The position numbers and the translations under genes were made by a program. The notes under the pieces are model-generated. The model saw only the letters and a list, made by a program, of their open reading frames with translations. It was not told the DNA's origin and did no database searches. A stretch of 64,000 nt of DNA from Bacteroidales bacterium (GTDB taxonomy: Bacteria > Bacteroidota > Bacteroidia > Bacteroidales > VadinHA17): the NCBI GenBank assembly GCA_963662685.1, contig OY759745.1, positions 2,309,799 through 2,373,798 of the forward strand, given 5' to 3'. Below, piece by piece: positions 19,820-26,843 of the stretch. Each line of letters begins with the position of its first letter. Within the stretch, counting starts at the first letter, position 1.

Positions 19820-21313
19820 ATGAACAACAAAAAAACAGATGGAAACAACATTTCCAGGAGGAATTTTTTGGGAAAATCTGCCGCCGCCGCCGCTGGTTTG
19901 ACAATAATTCCACGTCACGTAATGGGCGGTCAGGGATATAAAGCTCCCAGTGATATTCCAAACATTGCCGGTATCGGTGTCGGCGCCCAGGGTGGCGGCG
20001 ATATTCGTAATATTGCCAGCAAGGATGTTCCAACAACCCAGGAATACCAGCGTGCAGAGACTGAGGGAAAAGGTTGGGCCGGAATTCAGCCCCCACCGAG
20101 GCCAAGACCCACCGGTTTTGACCCGAATGCTGCCGTTCAGGTTGGTAATGCCGATATGGAAACGGTAAGGCATGGTAATATCTATGCTCTTTGCGATGTC
20201 GACAAAGACTATGCAGCGCATATGTTCAAAGGCTATCCAAACGCCAAGCAGTATACCGATTTTCGTAAGATGATCGATACAGAAAAGAGCCTTGACGGTG
20301 TTGTTATTGGTACTCCAGATCATACTCATGCTGTTATTGCGGCTTATGCTATGGCTGCTGGTCTGGCGGTATTTGTAGAGAAGCCTATGACAAAAACAAT
20401 TTATGAAGCACGAAAGCTTGCTTCTCTGGCCAAAAAGTTTAACGTAGTTACACAGATGGGTAATCAAGGTCATAACATCGAAGGTACCTATAGAACAATG
20501 GAGTGGATACAATCAGGCAAAATAGGATTTGTCAGGGAGGTCCATATGTGGTCTAACCGACCAAGCTGGCCCCAAGGTTATATGACACGTCCTCCAGCTG
20601 AAAAAGTACCCAAAAACCTGGATTACGATCTTTGGCTTGGTCCCGCACCGGAGAAACCATATACACCTACCGCTCTCCATTTTAACTGGAGAGGTCTGCG
20701 TGATTATGGAACAGGTGCTATGGGTGATATGGGTGCCCATACTTTTGATGCCCCGATACTTGCTCTAAACTTGGGCATGCCAACAGAAATTCAGGCCACA
20801 TCGACTCCGTATAGTGAGGATTATCTGCCTCAGGGCGAAAGTGTTACTTATAAGTTCCCTGCTCGCGGCGCCTCACCGGAAGTTACAGTTACATGGCAGG
20901 ATGGTGGCATAAAACCGGCTCGTCCTTATTCTCTTGAGGATGACCGTCAGTTAAGGGAAGCCCTTTATATAGGCGACAAGGGTATGATCATGCACGGTAC
21001 TCATGGTGCTGACCCGGAATTGATTCCTAATGAACCTGACTTTGCTGTTGAGCCCTGGCTTGAAAGGCCAAAGAGTGTTTATGTGGATTTCTGTGAAGCT
21101 ATTACTGAAGGCAGGAAAGCTAAAAATGATTTCGAGATTTCCTCAAAACTTACTGAAATAATGTTGCTCACAAATATCGCTGTTGTATCGCAACAGATCA
21201 ACACAACGTTGAAATATGACGCGGAGAACATGAAAATAACAAATCTGCCTGAAGCTAACGATTACTTCCACTACGAATATCGGAATGGTTGGGAGAAGTA
21301 TCTTGAGGTGTGA
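19820..21313 (+). CDS. TAT-exported Gfo/Idh/MocA family oxidoreductase
   Basis: Twin-arginine signal SRRNFLGKSAAAAAGLTIIP. Gfo/Idh/MocA core: ALCDVD...VVIGTPDHTHA...AGLAVFVEKPM. Confidence 0.88.
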   Translation: MNNKKTDGNNISRRNFLGKSAAAAAGLTIIPRHVMGGQGYKAPSDIPNIAGIGVGAQGGGDIRNIASKDVPTTQEYQRAETEGKGWAGIQPPPRPRPTGFDPNAAVQVGNADMETVRHGNIYALCDVDKDYAAHMFKGYPNAKQYTDFRKMIDTEKSLDGVVIGTPDHTHAVIAAYAMAAGLAVFVEKPMTKTIYEARKLASLAKKFNVVTQMGNQGHNIEGTYRTMEWIQSGKIGFVREVHMWSNRPSWPQGYMTRPPAEKVPKNLDYDLWLGPAPEKPYTPTALHFNWRGLRDYGTGAMGDMGAHTFDAPILALNLGMPTEIQATSTPYSEDYLPQGESVTYKFPARGASPEVTVTWQDGGIKPARPYSLEDDRQLREALYIGDKGMIMHGTHGADPELIPNEPDFAVEPWLERPKSVYVDFCEAITEGRKAKNDFEISSKLTEIMLLTNIAVVSQQINTTLKYDAENMKITNLPEANDYFHYEYRNGWEKYLEV

Positions 21314-21784
21314 TTATAATTTGTCCTGAAATCCAATATATAAAAGCCAGATAACTCGGATGCGATAAGATTCTAATAAACAAATGATCATTTCATTGAC
21401 TTACAGGGTGGTAATTCTTATATGAATCTTTGAGCATCCGACGTTATCTGAAAATCAGGATTGAGCGAGGAGATGCGATTAGTTAAAGTATTGGATTTTA
21501 TGACTGGAATTTTGGGAATGACCAAATTATTCAGTTAAAGGATTATTATGGTTAAACAACATAAGAGTTATTCTTAAAAAGTAATGAAGAATTAAGGATG
21601 CCAGTTAGAATTTTTGTATTAATAGGGTTGCTGAGGTTAAGATATAGATATCATTTGGGTGGTTAAAGGATTGAGTTGTGGTTACGTCAGCAACCCTTTT
21701 ATTATATGTTTTAGACTCCTGTACGGATATTACTGGTAATTATTATATTTACGAAATAAACATCAACAATTAATTCCAATTTCA

Positions 21785-22942
21785 ATGAAAAACGAAAAGA
21801 ACAATCAAATTTCAAGAAGGGGGTTTTTGGGCAGTGCGGCTGTTGTTGCCGCGGCCGCGACAATGGTCCCATCATTGGTTTCATGCGGCGGAGGCAAGGA
21901 TGATCCTTACGCCAATGCTCTTATAAAAGAGGATGGTAAACCAAATTCTAAATTTAATGGGGTCCAGGTAGGCGCTATTACTTATAGTTTTAAAGGAGTT
22001 AGCGGTTCAGACGCAACAATAAAGGCATGTATGGAGGCCAACGTAAGTTCTATAGAATTAATGGGAAACGGTCTGGAAGAAGAGGTTGGCGCACCAACTA
22101 ACCCAGTTCAGAGAAGAGGTGGATTTGGAGGCGGTCCGATGCCGGGCGGCCCAATGCCGGGTGGTCCAATGCCGGGTGGTGCTCCCGGTGGTGGTGGAAT
22201 GCCGGGCGGTCCTCCCGCTGGCGGCGCTATGCCGCAGATGCAACAGCCTGAGTTGACCGAAGAAGAAAAGGCCCTTCAGGCTAAGTACGAAGAAGATTTG
22301 GCGGCTTTCCGAAAAGATCCGGCAACAATGGAAAAATGGGCGGCACTCGCTAAAAAATTCTCAGATGCGGGAATAGATGTTCATATTTTCAAATGGACAG
22401 CCGGAGATACAGACGAACTAATGGATTACTCGTTCAGTGTAGCTAAACTATTTGGAGCGGTAGGAATAACAACCGAGGGAAGTGAAGAAACCTGTAAGAC
22501 TTTTGGCGCTCATGCTGAACGAAATGGAATGTTGGCTATTTATCATAACCATGGTCAATACGCTCCGTTGCAAATATCGGATATTGACAGATGGCTCGCA
22601 TATTCGCCCGCTAACAGGCTTAATTTTGATTGCGGACACTATTTTGGTTTCGGTTATGATACACCTGGACTTGATCCTATACAGTTCATAGATCATTTTG
22701 CCGATAAAATAGCGAGTGTGCATTTCAAGGACAAAACCAAGCTTACTAATGAGTTCGCCAGTAACCAGAACCAGGTATGGGGCCAGGGCGAAACCCCGGT
22801 CAGGGAAATATTACAGCATATCCGCGATAATTATCCTTATATGTATTGTGATATCGAACTTGAATATTCGGTACCCGCATGGTCTGATTCAGCAAAAGAG
22901 GTTGCCACATGCGTTCGCTATGCGAGAGAAGCTTTGATCTAA
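21785..22942 (+). CDS. TAT-exported, possibly lipidated, sugar phosphate isomerase/epimerase family protein (xylose-isomerase-like TIM barrel) with a Gly/Pro/Met-rich insertion
   Basis: Twin-arginine signal SRRGFLGSAAVVAAAATMVPSLVSC. TIM-barrel blocks: IELMGN, DAGIDVHIFKW, AIYHNHG, NFDCGHY, HFKD and CDIELEY. The insertion reads GGFGGGPMPGGPMPGGPMPGGAPGGGGMPGGPPAGGAMPQMQQ. Confidence 0.85.
   Translation: MKNEKNNQISRRGFLGSAAVVAAAATMVPSLVSCGGGKDDPYANALIKEDGKPNSKFNGVQVGAITYSFKGVSGSDATIKACMEANVSSIELMGNGLEEEVGAPTNPVQRRGGFGGGPMPGGPMPGGPMPGGAPGGGGMPGGPPAGGAMPQMQQPELTEEEKALQAKYEEDLAAFRKDPATMEKWAALAKKFSDAGIDVHIFKWTAGDTDELMDYSFSVAKLFGAVGITTEGSEETCKTFGAHAERNGMLAIYHNHGQYAPLQISDIDRWLAYSPANRLNFDCGHYFGFGYDTPGLDPIQFIDHFADKIASVHFKDKTKLTNEFASNQNQVWGQGETPVREILQHIRDNYPYMYCDIELEYSVPAWSDSAKEVATCVRYAREALI
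22130..22174 (+). repeat. 3 x 15-bp in-frame tandem repeat encoding (GGPMP)3, the core of a longer low-complexity tract at about 22112-22232
   Basis: ggcggtccgatgccg / ggcggcccaatgccg / ggtggtccaatgccg, read directly. Degenerate copies follow. Confidence 0.9.
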
Positions 22943-22971
22943 TAAGTTAATACTCTATTCTCATAATACGG

Positions 22972-23021
22972 ACTGTCCCTTTATGGTTACTTTAAATTGA
23001 CCTGAGGGACAGTTTTGTTTG
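22972..23021 (+). terminator. Hairpin terminator after the TIM-barrel gene
   Basis: ACTGTCCCT...(24-nt loop)...AGGGACAGT, a 9-bp stem followed by tttgtttg. Confidence 0.55.
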
Positions 23022-23121
23022 TTATATGACCACGCTGATCAAAGTTTATATGAGGTTTAGTTCACATATTTGTTGAGTGATAAATTTTTTCGTTTTTTGT
23101 ATTTCATTACCAAAAAACGAT

Positions 23122-23129
23122 TATCTTTG
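23122..23129 (+). promoter_or_regulatory. -7 promoter box TATCTTTG for tRNA-Asp
   Basis: Exact TAnnTTTG ending 14 nt before the tRNA 5' end. A TTTG (-33-like) lies at 23096-23099. Confidence 0.5.
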
Positions 23130-23143
23130 CCCCACTTAAAAAT

Positions 23144-23218
23144 GGTGCGGTAGTTCAGTTTGGTTAGAATACCGGCCTGTCACGCCGGGGGTCGCGGGTT
23201 CGAGTCCCGTCCGCACCG
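23144..23218 (+). tRNA. tRNA-Asp (anticodon GTC)
   Basis: Folded by hand.
- Acceptor stem GGTGCGG/CCGCACC.
- D stem GTTC/GAAT with G10-U25.
- Anticodon stem CCGGC/GCCGG, loop CTGTCAC.
- T arm GCGGG-TTCGAGT-CCCGT, discriminator G.
CCA is not encoded. Confidence 0.95.
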
Positions 23219-23232
23219 CTTATATGACTTAA

Positions 23233-23266
23233 AAACCTCTCGATTCCCGGGAGGTTTTGTTTTTTA
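23233..23266 (+). terminator. Hairpin plus T-run after tRNA-Asp
   Basis: aAACCTCtcgattcccggGAGGTTttgtttttt. Confidence 0.6.
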
Positions 23267-23348
23267 TCATTTAAGTTTTTTTGTAAGTTAACCAGTAAGC
23301 GTACCTTCTTTTATAAGAGTATACTTATCCGTTCTCGTAAAGAATTTT

Positions 23349-23386
23349 ATAGCAGTAATAGTTGGAATTCCAACTATTACTGCTAT
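23349..23386. promoter_or_regulatory. 38-bp perfect palindrome, candidate MarR operator overlapping the marR -7 box
   Basis: ATAGCAGTAATAGTTGGAA|TTCCAACTATTACTGCTAT has 19-nt arms with no mismatch. The right arm overlaps TATTTTTG (23384-23391), an exact TAnnTTTG box 16 nt upstream of the MarR ATG. Confidence 0.6.
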
Positions 23387-23407
23387 TTTTGCACAAACAA
23401 ATCTATC

Positions 23408-23854
23408 ATGAAAAACATTTCTGCGGGAAAATGTATTAATGAGCTTTCCCGGGCTGCCAGTGTTTACTTTCAGCATGAATTCAAGAAATATAATATAGGT
23501 CATGCCCAGATCAGGACACTGCTTTTTATTGCTCAAAATGAATGCAAAACACAAATGGATGTAGCTCAATATCTGAATCTGGATAAGTCATCTGTAACTT
23601 CTCAACTGAATGTGTTGGAAAAAAACGGGTATATAATCAGGCATAAATCTGAAAGGGACGGAAGAAAGCACCAGTTAAATATAACTGATAAGACAAGGGA
23701 GATATTAGATCCATTAAAAATGGTGTTTATGTCGTGGACCGAAATTTTGCTTGATGGTTTTAGTGAGAGCGAGAGAACGGAAGTTTTTAACTATCTGTTC
23801 AGAATGAGAGATAACGCAAAGAACGGACTAAATATGATAAAGAATCAGGATTAA
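23408..23854 (+). CDS. MarR family transcriptional regulator
   Basis: 148 aa with a winged-helix core: Q...L..I......Q.D.A..L.LDKSSVT..L..LE..GYI.R.....D.R. Confidence 0.88.
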   Translation: MKNISAGKCINELSRAASVYFQHEFKKYNIGHAQIRTLLFIAQNECKTQMDVAQYLNLDKSSVTSQLNVLEKNGYIIRHKSERDGRKHQLNITDKTREILDPLKMVFMSWTEILLDGFSESERTEVFNYLFRMRDNAKNGLNMIKNQD

Positions 23855-23872
23855 TTTTAAAAGGATCATTAT

Positions 23873-25213
23873 ATGTCAGGAAGAGGAAAAAATCTAACAG
23901 AAGGGAGTATTAACCGGCAGCTTTACGATTTAACGTGGCCTATGGTGCTTGGGATGATGGGAATTGTGATTTTTAATCTTGTTGACACATATTTTGTTGG
24001 CAAACTTGGAGTTCAGGAACTCGCCGCTATCAGTTTCAGTTTTCCGGTTATTATGTTTATCAATAGTTTATCCCAGGGAGTTGGTGTTGGGATAAGCTCT
24101 TTGATTTCAAGAAATATCATTGATACCAGTCGTGACGAAGTTAAGATGATGGCAAGTCGTGCCATTTTATTGGGAGTACTTGTTGTCCTGTTCTTTGTGA
24201 TTGTTGGCCTGCTCACAATTCAGCCTGTATTCGGTGTGCTTGGTGCGGGAAACGATATCTTCCCTTATATAAAGGATTATATGGTCATTTGGTATTTAGG
24301 TGTTCCTTTTGTTGTTATTCCAATGGTTGGAAACAATATCGTGCGCGCGACCGGAGATACTTTTACTCCCGGTATGATAATGGTTGTTAGCGGTCTTGTT
24401 AATGTCATACTTGATCCTCTGTTTATTTTTGGATATGGACCATTTCCTGAAATGGGAATAAAGGGGGCGGCGCTCGCTACTCTGATCTCCAGAGGGGTAA
24501 GTTTAATATTAATATTGGTAGTTTTGATCAAGCGGGAAAAATTGTTCACTTTTCATTTTGGTAAGTTTAGCAGTATAATATCAACATGGAAGAATGTTCT
24601 TTACATTGCGGGTCCAGCTTCACTAACGTTGCTGATCACGCCGGTATCGACAGGATTAATTACAAGAATTCTGGCAGGATTTGGGACAGAAGCTGTTGCC
24701 GCTTTTGGGGTCACTTCAAGAATAGAAATGTTTGCCTTAATGGTTGTTATGTCCATGGGCTCAGTATTGGTTATATTCGTCGGTCAAAATTTAAGTAAAT
24801 TAAAATTCCAACGTATATTCGATGTCTTAAAAATCTCCGCTAAATTTTCGGTTATATGGGGAATATCTGTATACCTGATACTTTTATTCTTGGGAAGATT
24901 GATCATATCTGCCTTTACGAGCGATATTGATGTAATCGAAATAGCAGTAAAATATTTTTATATTATTGGCGCGAGTTACGGATTTCAGGGACTTGTGATG
25001 CTGAGCACTTCAAGCTTTAACGGGTTAAATAAACCATATCCCTCTTCTTTCTTTTCTATTGTCCGGATGTTGGTTTTGTACGTTCCTCTGGCATGGTTAG
25101 GATCCAGGATATTTGATGTTAATGGAGTGTTCTGGGCCGGATTTATAGCTAATGTGATTGTAGGTCCTGTTTCGTTCCTGTATTTAAATAGGACCGTTAA
25201 GAGTCTGAGGTGA
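23873..25213 (+). CDS. MATE family efflux transporter
   Basis: 446 aa and about 12 TM segments. The MATE N-terminal signature is L..L..P...G......L...VDT.FVG.LG...LAA. It lies 18 nt downstream of marR, so an operon is likely. Confidence 0.9.
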   Translation: MSGRGKNLTEGSINRQLYDLTWPMVLGMMGIVIFNLVDTYFVGKLGVQELAAISFSFPVIMFINSLSQGVGVGISSLISRNIIDTSRDEVKMMASRAILLGVLVVLFFVIVGLLTIQPVFGVLGAGNDIFPYIKDYMVIWYLGVPFVVIPMVGNNIVRATGDTFTPGMIMVVSGLVNVILDPLFIFGYGPFPEMGIKGAALATLISRGVSLILILVVLIKREKLFTFHFGKFSSIISTWKNVLYIAGPASLTLLITPVSTGLITRILAGFGTEAVAAFGVTSRIEMFALMVVMSMGSVLVIFVGQNLSKLKFQRIFDVLKISAKFSVIWGISVYLILLFLGRLIISAFTSDIDVIEIAVKYFYIIGASYGFQGLVMLSTSSFNGLNKPYPSSFFSIVRMLVLYVPLAWLGSRIFDVNGVFWAGFIANVIVGPVSFLYLNRTVKSLR

Positions 25214-25448
25214 TTCATTGACTTTTATCTTTTAATATCTTTGGATTATAGAATAACTGATATGGATGACCGGTGAAAATTCAGGAGTAAGCTTGCAGCT
25301 TTATTATGTATATATAATATTTATTCGCGATAGAGCCAGAAATCACTCTCAGAAAGGAGTATCAATGGGAAAATTTTTTATTTTTAATCTGATGTTTTCA
25401 TATGACGTTAAATTTTATTCAAGTAACTGTTAGATAAGTCTATTTACT

Positions 25449-26288
25449 ATGGAAAAGATAAACAATATACTAAATTTTGTAATTTTGAGTTCCGATAAGT
25501 TTGAACTCAGGCTGGTAAATTTACTTTGGGTATTCCTGATTATTGTGGCGACCAGATTATTGCTATATATTATCAGGTTTAGTATTTTCAGAAAGCATAA
25601 ATACAGTAAGCTGGATCAAAGCAGCTTATATTCCATATACCAGATAATTAAATACATTATCTGGGTAATTTCCATAGCAATCATTCTGGAAACACTTGAT
25701 ATTAGTATTACAGTGTTGGTAGCAGGCTCTGCCGCTTTATTGGTTGGAATAGGAATGGGCCTGCAACAGACCTTCAATGATTTTATATCAGGTATTATTT
25801 TACTTATTGAAGGTACAACAAAAATAGGTGATGTATTGCAAATTGATGGGGATGTAGTGATTGTTCAGAAAATTGGGTTAAGAACATCTAAAGTGTTAAA
25901 CAGGGACGAAATTATTGTGATCATTCCTAATTCATTGATAAACAACAATAAAGTTATTAATTGGAGTCACCAGTCAAAGAAAACAAGATTTAAAATAGAT
26001 GTCGGAGTCGCTTATGGAAGTGACGTTGATCTTGTAATAGAGATCCTTGAAGATAGTGTTAAGGAAAACAATGCAGTGGCGGAGAAGGACAATATTGAAG
26101 TAAGATTGACAGATTTTGCCAGTTCTTCTCTAAACTTTCAGATACTCTTCTTTAGCGATGATGTATTCAGAATTGAAAGAATCAAAAGCGAAATAAGAAA
26201 GTCTATCAACAGGAAATTCGCCGAAAACGGCGTAGTCATTCCGTTTCCACAAGTTGACATACATTATAAAAAAGAGGAGAGGGATTGA
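25449..26288 (+). CDS. Mechanosensitive ion channel, MscS family
   Basis: Three N-terminal TM helices. The pore/beta-domain block reads GSAALLVGIGMGLQQTFNDFISGIILLIEGTTKIGDVLQIDG..V.V.KIGLRTS. Confidence 0.9.
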   Translation: MEKINNILNFVILSSDKFELRLVNLLWVFLIIVATRLLLYIIRFSIFRKHKYSKLDQSSLYSIYQIIKYIIWVISIAIILETLDISITVLVAGSAALLVGIGMGLQQTFNDFISGIILLIEGTTKIGDVLQIDGDVVIVQKIGLRTSKVLNRDEIIVIIPNSLINNNKVINWSHQSKKTRFKIDVGVAYGSDVDLVIEILEDSVKENNAVAEKDNIEVRLTDFASSSLNFQILFFSDDVFRIERIKSEIRKSINRKFAENGVVIPFPQVDIHYKKEERD

Positions 26289-26363
26289 ATATTGGAATTA
26301 TTCCAACAAAGATTAGATATAATGGCCGTTTAAACCAGAGCTTATGTTTTGGTTAAAGACAGG

Positions 26364-26774
26364 TCATATAATAGTATTTTCTTGGAGATAGTCCATGACG
26401 ATGTTTTTCAGGATATTAGCGAATTTTATACTTTTTATCTCATTTTTAGAAAAGTATTGTGGGTAATCACCTTCCAGGAGAGTGATTTCATCAACAGGGA
26501 TATCAATTATTGCTTTAAAAATGTACTTTATATTATGGTACGCATCACCGTCAACACAGAGGTACTCCTTGAAGAATGAGATATTAATGACATTTATCCC
26601 CAATTCTTCTTTTATCTCTCTGACAAGTGCCTCCTCCGGTGTCTCTCCCTCTTCAACGTGTCCACCAATCAAATCCCAGTGGCCCGGAAACGGAATGCCC
26701 GGTTTGTTGTCCCTTTTATAAAACAGTAGTTGCCCCTCCGGATTTTCCAGAATAATCGCTGCTATTTTCTTCAT
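26364..26774 (-). CDS. NUDIX hydrolase
   Basis: Nudix box GGHVEEGETPEEALVREIKEELG. The start was set at MKKIAAIILE because the longer track ORF would run through the upstream gene's terminator hairpin. Confidence 0.85.
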   Translation of the reverse strand: MKKIAAIILENPEGQLLFYKRDNKPGIPFPGHWDLIGGHVEEGETPEEALVREIKEELGINVINISFFKEYLCVDGDAYHNIKYIFKAIIDIPVDEITLLEGDYPQYFSKNEIKSIKFANILKNIVMDYLQENTII

Positions 26775-26781
26775 CTTATTT

Positions 26782-26814
26782 AAAAAAGTCGCGCCGCGAA
26801 GATTCTCGCGGCGC
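26782..26814 (-). terminator. Intrinsic terminator of the GH3 gene
   Basis: Minus strand: GCGCCGCGAgaatctTCGCGGCGC, a 9-bp GC stem followed by ACTTTTTTA. Confidence 0.8.
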
Positions 26815-26843
26815 AACATGTTTAGGTTGGTTAGTTGAATTGG

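Noticed and set aside
19808-20512. 234-aa minus-strand ORF, plus the shorter 19812-20105 and 19950-20168 ORFs, over the start of the Gfo/Idh/MocA gene
   Set aside because: It lies entirely antisense to or out of frame with a CDS that has a clear TAT signal and family motifs. Its translation is Cys/His/Ile-rich with no recognisable domain. It is a typical shadow ORF.
23144-25213. Possible genomic island integrated at tRNA-Asp, with MarR-MATE as cargo
   Set aside because: There is no integrase, no direct repeat of the tRNA 3' end downstream that I could find, and no compositional break. The MarR-MATE pair looks like ordinary chromosomal content.
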